Assembly (NCBI GenBank): GCA_963828605.1
Contig: CAWHER010000001.1
Span: forward strand, 696,318-760,317
Length of the DNA stretch: 64,000 nucleotides
Reading direction: 5' to 3'
DNA from: an uncultured Actinomycetota bacterium
Lineage (GTDB): Bacteria > Actinomycetota > Actinomycetes > Mycobacteriales > QHCD01
Position numbers and translations under genes: made by a program. The notes below the pieces were generated by a model that made no database searches, was not told the origin of the DNA, and saw only the letters and a program-made list of their open reading frames with translations. How positions within the stretch are numbered: the first letter of the stretch is position 1; every line of letters begins with the position of its first letter. Of the stretch, positions 46,485 to 57,224 are shown piece after piece.

Positions 46485-48047
46485 TCAGGCGTCCTCGGCG
46501 AAAACGTCGAAGCGCAGATGAGAGCTGGGCGGTCCGGTGACCGGCCTGCTGCTGCGCTCGACCCAGAGCACCGGCCGGCCCGCGGTGTCGCGGGCGAGGA
46601 CCGTGCGCCGTTGCAGGCGCACCCCGTTGCTGGCGATCGCCGTCGGGGCCAGCTCGTGCCCGCGGCCGAGACCGGTGCCCGACGGACCGCCGATCAGCCT
46701 CGAGACCGGGCCGGAGCGCGGCACCGGCACCGGGCCGGTGAGGTCGGCGAGCACGGCCTGCCGCCAGTAACCCGACTTCCCGTCGCCGGCACCCACCACG
46801 ACCGCCGGGTCGTCGGCGGGGTCACCGGCGCGCACCCGCTGGTAGGGGTGCCAGTGGTCGGGCAGGGTGGTCGACGGCAGGTAGCGGAAAGTGCGGGTGC
46901 CGGTGCGGGTGGTCTCGGCGACGGCCGCGTCGGTCGCGGCATCGGGCAGCAGCTGGAGCCCGTCGGCGCGCAATTCGACGGCCCACGCGAGGTTGGCGTC
47001 CTCGTCGACGCCGATCAGGACGTCGTCGAGCACTTCGCCGGTGTTCGGCGCGACGGCGACCGGCCAGACGAGGAGTTCGGACTCGGCGAGGCCCGTGGTG
47101 TGGAAGAGCGACCACGCACCGGGGCCGGTGGCCGGCGGAGCCGGCAGGGGCCAGACCTGGTCGAAGCTGTCCTTCACGGTGACGTCGGACAGCCGGACGA
47201 GTACGCCGACGGACGGCGGGTCCTCCCCCGCGACGGGTGGCGGCGGGACGTGGAAGGTGAACCAGTCGTCGGAGTGCGCCACGGCGACGTCGATCAACAG
47301 CATGGTCGCCAGGTGCGACCGGTCCGGCGCGAAGCCGCCGATGTCGACCGCCCGGTCCTCCAGCTGCCACCAGCGCGGGTTGGGCGCGCCGGGATAGTCG
47401 AGCCGGCTCGGGACGACGAGCCGGCGCTGCGTGGCGGTCGCGTCGGCGGGCGGGACGACGACCGCGTCCGGGTCACCGTCGACGGTGAACCAGTCGACGT
47501 CGCCGCCGTCATGGGCCGGTGCCCGTAGCGCCGTGTCCTCAGCCGCGAACGACGCGGCGTAGTCGAGCTCACTGCTCGACCACCGGTCCGGCAACGGCAC
47601 CGGAACGTCGGCCCAGATGGCGTCGCCGGCCAGCACGCCGGAGTCGAATACGGCCCGGCCGTCGACCCCGTCGGAGAGTCGGTCGTACGGCGGTGCCAAC
47701 GTGCCGAAGGCGAAACGCGCTCGGCCGTCCGCGTCGAGCAGCGGCGCCGCGGCCCGGCCGAGGCGCAGCCGCCGCCCGACCGTCCACCAGTCGCCGGGTT
47801 CGGCCTCCAGCAGCGCTTCGGCCGGCACGACGGTGGGGTCGAGGTCGGGACGCGTCGCGTCGTAGCTGATCGGGATGTGCCGGGAGGTCACGTCGATCGC
47901 GACCGGGCTGGAGGCGTCCTCGCCGTGCTGCTCGCCGAGCTGCCACTGCCGCGCGAGGAACCAGACCGGGTCGGCGACCCGGGCGCGGAAGCCTTCGTCG
48001 AGGTCGGGCCGGCCCGGCTCGAGCCAGAGATAGAGCGGCGTGGTCAT
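46485..48047 (-). CDS. giant-operon gene D: 520-aa protein of unknown function
   Basis: This is a long clean ORF. An ATGA overlap (48044-48047) links it to the gene C stop; the alternative ATG is at 48056. Its motifs are DPVWFLARQWQLGE, NPRWWQLEDRAVDIGGF, AHSDDWFTFHVP and the C-terminal SHLRFDVF. I found no signal peptide, TM segment or catalytic motif by eye. Confidence 0.8.
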   Translation of the reverse strand: MTTPLYLWLEPGRPDLDEGFRARVADPVWFLARQWQLGEQHGEDASSPVAIDVTSRHIPISYDATRPDLDPTVVPAEALLEAEPGDWWTVGRRLRLGRAAAPLLDADGRARFAFGTLAPPYDRLSDGVDGRAVFDSGVLAGDAIWADVPVPLPDRWSSSELDYAASFAAEDTALRAPAHDGGDVDWFTVDGDPDAVVVPPADATATQRRLVVPSRLDYPGAPNPRWWQLEDRAVDIGGFAPDRSHLATMLLIDVAVAHSDDWFTFHVPPPPVAGEDPPSVGVLVRLSDVTVKDSFDQVWPLPAPPATGPGAWSLFHTTGLAESELLVWPVAVAPNTGEVLDDVLIGVDEDANLAWAVELRADGLQLLPDAATDAAVAETTRTGTRTFRYLPSTTLPDHWHPYQRVRAGDPADDPAVVVGAGDGKSGYWRQAVLADLTGPVPVPRSGPVSRLIGGPSGTGLGRGHELAPTAIASNGVRLQRRTVLARDTAGRPVLWVERSSRPVTGPPSSHLRFDVFAEDA

Positions 48048-51000
48048 GCCGGCCATCCGGCGAGGAAGCTCACGGGCTCCGAGGCGTGCACCAGCGGCAT
48101 CGGCGTCGCGTAGGGCAGGCCGCCGCGATCACCCGGCCGGGCCGCGCGGGCGTGCGCCAGCTGCCGCGTCTGCAGCACCACCTCGAGGAGGCCCGCGGTG
48201 TCCAGCCGCGTCGCCGGGTCGGGCGGCACGGCCAGCAGAATCGCCTGTGGAGCACGGGATTTCGGTGCGTTGAACCCGAAGGTGGCGGCCGTGGTGTGCC
48301 GCCGGCCGGGCACCGAATCCGTCCAGGCGTCGAGCGCGGCGACCGCCACCCGCGCCGGCGGGTGCACGGCGGCCGGACCGTAGGCGGCAAGCACCGGTCC
48401 GGCCGGGAGCCACGGATCGGTGGAACCACCGGGCGCCGCAACGGCCGCCGGCCAGGGCGTCCCGAACTGGTGCGCCTCAAGCGCGGCGAGCCGCGGCCGG
48501 ACCGCGGCGACGATCTCCAGCCACGCCTCGTCGAGTGCCGGCGCGGCCCTCAGCGCCGGCAGCAGGTCCGCCGCGACGACCGGCAGCACCGGCAGCGCGG
48601 CGTCGCCGGCCAGCGCGCGCAGTGCGGCCCGCCGCAGGTTCAGCGCCGCATCGGTCGTCGGCCCGGGCGGCACCGCGGGGTTCGCGGTCAGCCGGTCGCC
48701 GAGCGCCGCGGCCAGTGCCGCCTGCATGTCCGCGGTCGACGGTACGGCGGCCGTCGGGTCGTCGGGTGCTACGACGCTGAGGTCCACGTTCCACCGCCCG
48801 GCCGTCGCGGTGATCTCGTCGTCGCTGCCGGCGGCACCGGGGTCGAGCGCGACGACGGCGTCGTGCACCGTCAGCGTCAGCCCGCGCAGCCGGTCCAGCC
48901 GGGCGTCGAGGTCGGTGCCCATCGCCGTGCGCAGGTCGTCGTCGGCGGTGGCCGGCAGACCGTCGTAGGACCCGCCGACCAGCGTCGGCACCGGCGCGTG
49001 GGGGTCACCGCCGCCGAGTACGCCGGCCAGCCGCTGCCGGTCCGCGGGCGTCGCCTCGGCGCCCAGCTCACCGCCGACCAGCGCGGCGAACGCCGGATCG
49101 GCGACGTCGGCGGGCGCCGTACCGGCCGTGAGCGGCGGAACGTCGCCCTCGGGCAGCAGCACCCACGCGCCGACCCGCACCGTGGTGGCCGCGCGTGGGG
49201 TGCGGATCGCGCGCAGCTCGGGTGGCGCGCCGAGCCCGGCGGCAGCCTCCATGGCGGCGTTCGCCAGATCCGCCCGGCCGGTGACCAGCGCATGCACGCC
49301 GTCGGCCATCAGGAGATCGGCGTAGGTGTCCAGAACGTCGTCCAGCGGCGCCAGCCGGTCGGGCAGGTCCGCCGGTAGACCCGCGACCAGGGCGCCCCTG
49401 CGCGCCGCCGCGAGCACCGCCGCGCCGTCACAGACCCGGCGGTTGTCCTGCCCGCCGGCCAGCGGGTAGGTCTCGCGCAGGACGCGGACGACGTCCCAGT
49501 CACCGGCCACCGCCTCGACCTCCAGGCCGAGCGCCTCGTAGGGGTGCACGCCGAGGCGCACCCGCTCGGCGAGCGCGATCGAGCCGCGGACCTTCGCCGA
49601 GTCGATCGTCAGGTCCCAGCGCTTGTCGGCGGAATGCCGCACCGCGGCGTCCCGCAGGAGTGCGGCGGTCAGGGCCTGATCGCGCGACGGTGCGTGCAGC
49701 AGGCCGGCCGCGGTCGCCCCCGGCGTCAGCGCACCCGTCGCGGCGGCCGGCCGCGGGGCGTCCACCCATCCGTAGGCGCCGAGCAGGAACGGCGCGCCAT
49801 CGGTGGTCATGCTCCGCAGGCGACGCTCGGCGAGCCCGGTCAGCCAGGGATCGACGCGGAATGCCGCCGTATCGAGTGCCGCGAGCGTCGCGCCGAACAA
49901 CGCGTCGTGTTCATCCGCCCACAGGTCGGCGACGGCCGCGAGTGCCTTCTGCACCTCGCGGAACCGCGTGGCGACCAGCTCGCCGTTGCCGTCGGTGGCC
50001 GTCTCCAGCTGGGTCACCGACGACTCACCGCCGCGCATGACGTAGCTGCGGTAGGTGTTCTCGTCGTCGAGCGGCAGCGGCTGGGCGAGATCGACGACTC
50101 CGGCGGCCTGCCAGCGCGTGATCGCCTCGCCGACCACGGCGCGCGCGGCGATCAGTGACTCACGGAACAGGTGTCCGACGAGGCCGAGTTTGTCGAAACC
50201 CTGGAAATACAGCGGCTCCGGCTCCATCGTGCACAGCTCCTTGAGACGCTCCGGGTCGTCAACCGCATCGGAGGGCGGGCCGGGCACAGGGCCGGCGTGG
50301 GCGGCGGCGGCGATGGGGAACGCTGGAGCCGGCCAGTTGCGCCAGCTCACCGCGGTGTCGGCGTCCCATTCGGTCAACGTGACCGGCTCAATCCCGGCCA
50401 TGATCCGAGCCACCTGCACGGCGACGAGGCCGGCCACCGGCCGCACCTGCCAGTGCCGGCTGGGTGCGTGCAGCCCGAGCACGTCGAGCAGCCCGTCGGT
50501 GTCGGCGCCGTCGACCCACGGATGGGCCGCCTCGGCCGCAGCGGCCGAACCGGCACACCACGCCAGCGCCCAGCGCAGGATCCGGTCCTCGACCGGAGTC
50601 AGCGGATCGCCGGGATCGGCCACCCACGACGTGAAGGACGACGTGGGCAGCAGGCCGTAGGGCTGCTCGCCGACCCGGATCGCCGGTCGCGGACCCTCGA
50701 CGGCCAGGTTGCGGACCGCCCACCCGGCGAGATCGATGTCCGGCTCGTCTCCGGCGACGACGTCGCGCAACGCCCGGCCCCACAGCACCGGCCAGAATCC
50801 GCGTACCGCAAGGGATCCGGGCTCGCGGTAGTCCAGATCCCCGCCGAGCATCGGAAGCGCGCCCGCAGGGACCCGTCCGGTCAGCGCCGTGAGCACCGCC
50901 CCGGTGGACTCCTGCGCCGCCGGATCGACGTGCAGCAACGGGTAGACGGAGTCGGCGTCCGCACCGAAGTCGGTGGTCGGCTCGCCGTCCACGGTGTTGG

Positions 51001-51710
51001 TCGGCGTACCGGGCGCGAGGACGGCCAACCCCGCAGCGGCGTTATGCGCGTCGACGAGGTCGGCCGCGCCGGTGTCCCCCACCCCGAGTACGACGAGTGC
51101 CTCGAGTGCGGGCGGGTCGGCGCCGATGTCGATGTCGACGGCGAGGCCGAGCTCGACGGCGCGCCGATAGGACAGCCACCAGGTGTCGGGCAGGGTCCCG
51201 GCGGCAAGTTCGGCGGAGCCGGCGAAGGACGTGATGTCGAGGTCGGCGCCGATCCCGGCGAGGTCGAGCGCAAGCGTCGCCGCGAGCTGCCGACTGCCGT
51301 CGGCGTAGGCGAACCACACCTGCAGCTGCGTCGGCAGGCCGACCGCGCCGTGCACCTGCAATCCGGACGGCTCGGTCTGGTCGGTGCGGTCGACCCTCAG
51401 GCCGCCCGCGCCGTCGACGACGACGCAACGCCGCCACAGACCAAGACCACGTCCGGCGCCGACCGCAGCCGCGAACGAGGCGAACGCCGCCGCCTCGTCG
51501 ATCGGCGGAGCGGCCGTGATGCCTGCGACCGCCTCGACCAGCCGGTCGAGTTCCTCCGGCGACGGTGGCGCGACGGTGCGGGGTATGGAGAAGTCGTCGG
51601 GGTAGATGCGGATCCGCAGCATGCCACTGCGGCACGCCGTCGGCGCGTTCGGCCGGCGGGACGAACCGGGTCTCGAGCCGCACTGGGGCGAGCACCTCGA
51701 CGGTTGTCAT
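48044..51710 (-). CDS. giant-operon gene C: roughly 1,220-aa protein of unknown function (apparent frameshift near 51625)
   Basis: The 1,192-aa ORF begins MLRIRIYPDDFSI. Immediately upstream, a second frame reads MTTVEVLAPVRLETRFVPPAERADGVPQ from an ATG at 51708-51710, which overlaps the gene B stop (ATGA). I recognised no motifs. Confidence 0.75.
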
Positions 51711-54257
51711 AGCAGCGGTCCGATCAGTACCCGGACGGGAAGGGCGAAATGGTTGTAGGCGTAGTTGGCCGCGGATGAGTCGGCCGACAAGCGCCGCGCT
51801 CTGTGCGAAGAAGCGGTAGCCGGCCGGCGGTTCCTCCAGCACCACCCAGTAGTCGGCCAGCCTTCCCGGGTCGATGGGGAAGCCGAAGAAGGTGATGTCG
51901 GCGCCGATGGTGCCGGTGAAGACGTGTTCGACCCGGTTGGCGTCGACGAGCACGTCGCCGGCACCGGGCGGTGTGAACGCGGCGTCGGCGGCGTAGAGGT
52001 AGACGACGGTCGAGGGATAGCGCCGGAACAGCGGCGTCTTGAAGGCCACCACCGCCTCCGCGGCGCGCCCGCCGTCGACGAGCGCCGGGGCGCCGAGCGG
52101 CTTCGCCTGCGGCCAGTTCTTGATCGGGAGGATGTCGAGCTCGACGCTGAGCTGCGCTGCCAGAACTTGCGCAGCGGCGACCAGCGGGTGACGAGCGGGA
52201 TGTTGCGCCAGCGCAGCTCGCCGCCGGCCTGCAGGTTGGCTCCGGTGAGCAGCGCCTCGACGAACGCCGGGTTGGTCGCCAGGGCGACCACGTCGCCCTC
52301 GATCAGGTCACCAGCGCCCGGCAGCATCCAGTCCGGGGCGGACGCGGACAGGAAGCTCCACAGCGGCAGGTCGAGTTCCGGTTCGACCTCGACCGGGCCG
52401 ATGCCGGTGCGGCCGGGCAGCGTCGCCAGCACCCGCACGCACTGCGGGCGGCTGATCGCCGGTCGGGTCGACGGCCCCGGCGACGGCGCCGGCGAGCCCG
52501 GTGAGGTCGACCGGCTCGCACGGTGTCGGCGGCGCGAACTCGTCGACCCAGCCGGTCCATCCCGAGACCTGCGTCGTCGGGTCGGGATGCTCCTGGGTGT
52601 TGAGGAACGCCTGCACCGCCGCGCGGTCGGGCCGGCCGTCCTTGCCGGGGGCGAGAGCAAGCAGCGCCGCGGTGAGCTCCGCAGGACTGGGCAGCCGCCC
52701 GCCGCCGAGCAGCCGGTCCAGAATGCGGTCGGCGAGCTCTTCGTCGCCGGCGGCTGCGGCCTCGACGGCGGCCTTCGTCGCCTCCTCGACCCGGCCCGGG
52801 TCGACGTCGCGCCGGGGCGGGATGTCGGCCGGGTCGTCGGGGGGTGCCGGGCACCGGTTGGCGCTGCGGAGTACGGCGCCCAGATCGCCGGCACCGTCGG
52901 CCGCGCGGGCGGTGCGCGCCGGCCCGGGACGTAGCGCGCGGCGGGCCGCCGACGAGAACAGCGCGCGGGACAGGCCCGGAGTGTGGCCGGCGACCGCGTC
53001 GAGGACGGTCCCCCCGTCGGTGGGCAACCGGCCGAGCACGGGGAGGAGGACGGCGAGCAGATCGGCCGCGGCGGCGAGCGTCGGCACCCGGCGCCGCCAG
53101 ACGGAGCGACTCGCCTCGACTCCCAGGGCGACGTGCCGGATGCGGTCGTCGGCGACGGACAGACCGGCCAGCTTGGTGGTCGCGGCGTCGGCGATCCGGT
53201 CCTGCCACTCGATCGCGTTCCAGGCACCGATCCCGGCCGCGCCACGCGCCCGCGGGTCGCCGCGCAGCTCGTCGATCCACCCGCCGGCGGTGAACGTCTC
53301 CTGGTCGGCGAGCGTCGCGAACGGCGCGTCGTAGCGCGGTGCGGTGACGACGCCGCGGCCGTCCGGGGTGACGATGCGGTCGCTGAGGTGAGCCGTCTCG
53401 CTCGCCACGTCGGGAGGCGGCGGCTGGTCCGCCGGATCGGGTCCGGCGACCGGGTCCGCCGGCAGCCGCAGTGCGCCGGCGGTGCTGAGCACCCAACTGT
53501 CCGGATCCCCCGGGCCGCGCCGGAGGTAGGTGACATCGGCTCTGCCGAACGGCGTCCCGCCGGCGGCATCGATCGCGGCCAGGTCGGCCTTGTGCAGCTT
53601 CGCGGCCAGCTCCGGAAAGTCGCCGAGCGGCCCGGTCCGGAACGTCCAGGTGTCGTAGCACGGGCAGGTGACCGGCGCCGTACCCGTCCAGGCGTCGGCG
53701 CCGTCAGGTGTGAACGCCGGCACCAGGCACGCGACGTATTCGGTCTCCTGCGCGAACGGGGCCGGCGAGAGCAGCCGCGCCACCCGGCGGCCGTCGACGT
53801 CGTGCACGTGCGCCCACTGGAACGAGTCGGCCAGCGCATGGATCTGCTGGGTCGCCGTGCCGAGACCGACCTGTCCGTCCGGGCGTAGGACGATCTCGTC
53901 CGGCGTACGACGGCCGACGACGAGCACCAGCCACGGGCGCAGCACCGCGCCGACGGCAGCGCGGGGCGTGTAGCGCCACGGCAGGTCGACGGCGGAGAAC
54001 TCGATCAGTGCGACCTTGGGCTGCTCGGCGTCACTCGAGCCGGGCGCCGGGAAACGCCGGGCGATGGCGCCGACCGCGAGCCGTTCGACGTCACCGGGAC
54101 CGAACAACTCGTAGTCGGTGTCGATCAACCGGGTATCCGCGGGGTTGGCGAGGTCGGCGATGCCCACCGGCACCGTGCTCTGCAGCCGTCCGTCGACGAC
54201 GGTGGTGGCGCCGATCCGCAACGCCTTCTCGGCCCGCGAGAAGTAGGTGGCCGCCAC
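51707..54257 (-). CDS. giant-operon gene B: roughly 850-aa protein of unknown function, broken by three apparent frameshifts
   Basis: The 649-aa ORF (V)AATYFSRAEKALRIG...PWRYTP...RPWLVLVV...ACLVPAF is sensible down to ...LAGAVAGAVDPT (about 52455). It continues in another frame as RPAISRPQCVRVLATLPGRTGIGPVEVEPELDLPLWSFL...WSPLRKFW, down to about 52160. A further frame reads AAQLSVELDILPIKNWPQAKPLG...VAFKTPLFRRYPSTVVYLYAAD...PAGYRFFAQSAALVG, down to about 51785. The last piece is DSSAANYAYNHFALPVRVLIGPLL followed by the stop. Confidence 0.7.
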
Positions 54258-56504
54258 TCAGACCACCCCTGCCAGCGAGACCGGCGCCGCGGCGTCGACG
54301 GCGGCCAGCGCGACCGAGTCGTTGTACCGCGCGAACTGGTGCGCGGCGGTCGCGCTGGTGAACGTCCCGCCCGCGACGGTGGTCCACTCCTCCGGATCCA
54401 CCGCGACCATCGACGTCGGGTCGCTCAGCGCGGGTGGCCGGCGGGCCGCGTCGGTGAGCGCGGCCATCTCCCCCAGCGCCAACACCTCACCGACGAGGAT
54501 GTGGCGGTGGCCGCCGGTGATGACGATCTGCTGGACCTTGCGGTTTTCGGCCACCGGGTCGAACGGCGGCGGGTCGGCCAGCGACAGCTCCCGGCCGCTC
54601 GCCAGCACGTCGAAGGGCGGCCGATTCACCGCTTCGGCCGAAGTGAGGGTGACGTAGCTGCCCGGGCTGAACCGCTCGGTCACGTCGGCGCCGGCCGTGG
54701 TCACGACGACGCCCTGGCCACCGTCCAACGGACGGCCGTCGACCCGCTCGATGAGAAGCCCGAGCGGGGCCCGGGTCTGCTCGATCCGCAGGGTGCCGGT
54801 CGGCGGTACGGCGGCCACCGAGTCCCGACCGGGCCGCGGCGCCAGGACGACGTCCGGGTCGCCGACGCTGCCGGCATGCACGTTGTCGGTCTTGCCGAAC
54901 TCCTCGGCCACGACATCCAGCAGTCGCGGCGGGCTCGGCAGCGTGTCCGACGGGCCGCTGCCCAGGGTGAACGTCTGGTCCCAGGAGATCGAGAAGAGGA
55001 AGACGTCGATGCTGAGCGACCCGCGGATCACGACCGGGCCGGGCCCCGCGATCGACCCGTCCAGGGTCACCGACGCGAAGCTGAAGCCTTCCACCGATAC
55101 GTCGAAGCCGGCCGAGATCTTCGCCTCGAAGTGGAACGGCCGGAACTGCACGATCGCGTCGAGCTGGATGAAGCCGTGCGCCTCGATGATGAGGTCGATG
55201 CCGACCTCGAGCCGGCCGCCGAACTGCACCGAGTTGGAGGTGATCGCGAAGTAACCTTCGACCCGGATGTCGATGATCGAGATCGGGTTGTCGATGGCCA
55301 GCCCCACCCGGCGCATCGCGGGGATCCGCGCCGGCTCCGGATTGAACCCCGGGTAGAAACCGCCGACCGACACGACGAAGTACCCGTTCGAGCCCCAGCT
55401 GAACCGCATCGCGGCGTCGCCGTAGATCTCGAAGATGCCGAGTACGTGGCTGTCGACCAGGCTGGCATCGATCGACACCAGTTCCTGCACCGGATCGATC
55501 TCGCCGAGCAGATCGAGGCGCAGGTTCAGGACGAACTCGAGGCCGGGTATCGCCGCCCTAGCGACGCCGAGGATGACGACCTTGCCGGTCGGGATCTCGA
55601 CGACCACGCCGAGGTCGAGCGACAGCAGGCTGCCGGACGGCCCGAACGACAGCCAGGACACCCGCAGCGACGGGCCGACGAGGTGGGTCCCCGGATGCGC
55701 CGGGAAGAGGTGGTCGGCGGCGGTCACCAGTGCCAGCGGCGATGCCGGCGGCCGGGTGGCGAAGAGCACGTCGCCGGCGGTGCCGGTCCGCACGGCCGCA
55801 CGCAGCGCGTCGGTGTCGGCGCGGCGATTGACCCCGACGATGCCGCCCACGCGGTCGAGGGAGAAGCCGAAGGACAGCTGGATCGGCGGCAGGAAGGCGA
55901 TTCCGAGGATCGCCAGGAACGACGGCTCCCCGTCGATCATCGCGAGCACAGCTGCCGCGCTGACCTGCGCCGGGCCGAGGGGCAGTTCGAGCGTGCCGCC
56001 GTAGCCGCCGGCACCGGGCAGCCGCACGATCGATCCGCCGCCGGGCAGGCCACCACCGAACGGCGAGGACAGCGACGCGGCGATCTCGCCGACCTCGAAC
56101 GGACCGACCGGGATCGGCGCCGGCACCGTCCCGTCCGGCAACGTCGGCGGCTGCACGACCAGGGTCGACGACGCCACCGACAGATGCACCGGCCCGATGT
56201 CGACCTCGCCGTGGATGCCGCTGGCGGCGATGTCACCGAGGTCGTCGGCGAGATCTGCGAGCCCAGGCACCTCTGCCAGCACACCGAGCAGGAAGTCGGC
56301 GAGGTGGCCGGCGATCTGGTTACGGGCGGACTCCCACGCGGCCTGCGCCCCGGCCACCGCCAGCGGGTCGCCGGCGAGCGCCGTCTCCAACGACTGGGCG
56401 GCGGCGACCAGCTGCGTCAGTTCGCCCTGCAGCTGCGGGTCGGCGCCGGGACTGAGCGCATCACGCAGCCGAACGGCGTACGACGTGACCTCGCCAGCGG
56501 CCAT
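54258..56504 (-). CDS. giant-operon gene A: 748-aa protein of unknown function (helical N-terminus, Gly-rich linker, long beta-rich region)
   Basis: This is a clean 748-aa ORF whose stop TGA is followed directly by the GTG of gene B. It has the Gly-rich stretch GGGLPGGGSIVRLPGAGGYGG. Repetitive beta-like segments follow (LSLDLGVVVEIPTGKVVILG, FGGRLEVGIDLIIEAHGFIQLDAIVQFRPFHFEAKISAGFDVSVEG). From memory it resembles the DUF6603 family, but I have not verified this. Confidence 0.8.
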   Translation of the reverse strand: MAAGEVTSYAVRLRDALSPGADPQLQGELTQLVAAAQSLETALAGDPLAVAGAQAAWESARNQIAGHLADFLLGVLAEVPGLADLADDLGDIAASGIHGEVDIGPVHLSVASSTLVVQPPTLPDGTVPAPIPVGPFEVGEIAASLSSPFGGGLPGGGSIVRLPGAGGYGGTLELPLGPAQVSAAAVLAMIDGEPSFLAILGIAFLPPIQLSFGFSLDRVGGIVGVNRRADTDALRAAVRTGTAGDVLFATRPPASPLALVTAADHLFPAHPGTHLVGPSLRVSWLSFGPSGSLLSLDLGVVVEIPTGKVVILGVARAAIPGLEFVLNLRLDLLGEIDPVQELVSIDASLVDSHVLGIFEIYGDAAMRFSWGSNGYFVVSVGGFYPGFNPEPARIPAMRRVGLAIDNPISIIDIRVEGYFAITSNSVQFGGRLEVGIDLIIEAHGFIQLDAIVQFRPFHFEAKISAGFDVSVEGFSFASVTLDGSIAGPGPVVIRGSLSIDVFLFSISWDQTFTLGSGPSDTLPSPPRLLDVVAEEFGKTDNVHAGSVGDPDVVLAPRPGRDSVAAVPPTGTLRIEQTRAPLGLLIERVDGRPLDGGQGVVVTTAGADVTERFSPGSYVTLTSAEAVNRPPFDVLASGRELSLADPPPFDPVAENRKVQQIVITGGHRHILVGEVLALGEMAALTDAARRPPALSDPTSMVAVDPEEWTTVAGGTFTSATAAHQFARYNDSVALAAVDAAAPVSLAGVV

Positions 56505-56687
56505 GCCAACCCTGTTTCGCCCGAAGTTGGCTCACCCTAACGCGGGGGCGGGTCGCCATCCGTCCGCGACGCGCGCGTCGGGCCGGTCGTCGGTGCATTG
56601 GCGCGGCGGAACGGGTCGACGCCCGCGTGGACGGCACGCCGGGAATCCGGTCGCCGGGGCGACCCGGGGCCCGTTACCCTCGCGCGG

Positions 56688-57224
56688 GTGACCGGCGACC
56701 CGACCCCGTTCCTGTGGCTCTGCGGCCCGTCCGGCGTCGGCAAGTCCAGCGTGGGGTTCGAGATCTTCGCCGAGCTCACCCGCGCCGGCATCAAGACCGC
56801 CTACCTCGACATCGACCAGATTGCGCTCTGCTATCCCGCGCCGGCGGGCGATCCGGACAACCACCGGATCAAGGCACGAAATCTCGGCGCGATGTGGCCG
56901 ACGTACCGGTCGGACGGTGCCCGCTGCGTCGTGCTGTCGGGGATCATCGAGTCCCGCGACCTCGCCCGGTCCTACGCCGACCAGCTACCGGACGCGGCGT
57001 TGACGTTGTGCCGGCTCCGCGCGGGCCGGGATGAACTGCGGCGCAGGTTCATCGGCCGGGGATGGCGCACCGACCTGGTCGACGACACCGTGCGCGACGC
57101 GGATGCCCTCGATCGCAGCGACTTCGCGGACCTGTGCATCGACACCGACGGGGTGCCCGTCCCGGAGGTAGCCCGGCTGGTCCGCGAGCGGGCCGGCGGG
57201 TGGCCACCAGGTCTCGCGCCGTGA
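56688..57224 (+). CDS. P-loop NTPase / small-molecule-kinase-like protein, paralog 1
   Basis: (V)TGDPTPFLWLCGPSGVGKSSVGFEIF carries the Walker A motif, and the conserved block DPDNHRIKARNLGAMWPT is present. The start is chosen by analogy with paralog 2; the ATG at 56598 is the alternative. It is divergent from the giant operon. Confidence 0.7.
   Translation: MTGDPTPFLWLCGPSGVGKSSVGFEIFAELTRAGIKTAYLDIDQIALCYPAPAGDPDNHRIKARNLGAMWPTYRSDGARCVVLSGIIESRDLARSYADQLPDAALTLCRLRAGRDELRRRFIGRGWRTDLVDDTVRDADALDRSDFADLCIDTDGVPVPEVARLVRERAGGWPPGLAP

Noticed and set aside
46770-46793. A Walker-A-like sequence VVVGAGDGKSG in gene D of the giant operon.
   Set aside because: The spacing is GxxxGKS, one residue short of [AG]x4GK[ST]. 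It lies near the C-terminus in a low-complexity Asp/Pro/Gly stretch, and no Walker B or other NTPase features follow. It is worth rechecking against a structure model.
48086-56540. Long plus-strand ORFs opposite the giant operon (48086-49378, 49544-50158, 50171-51712, 51765-52934, 52983-53888, 54339-56540).
   Set aside because: Their composition is the same antisense-type Arg/Gly/Asp/His-rich junk. The minus-strand frames give far longer ORFs with normal composition and coupled start/stop junctions.
56598-56687. An N-terminal extension of 30 codons (MARRNGSTPAWTARRESGRRGDPGPVTLAR) on P-loop paralog 1.
   Set aside because: The extension is Arg/Gly/Pro-rich. Paralog 2 starts exactly at the homologous VT(D/G)xPTP position with a GTG. 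Kept only as an alternative start.
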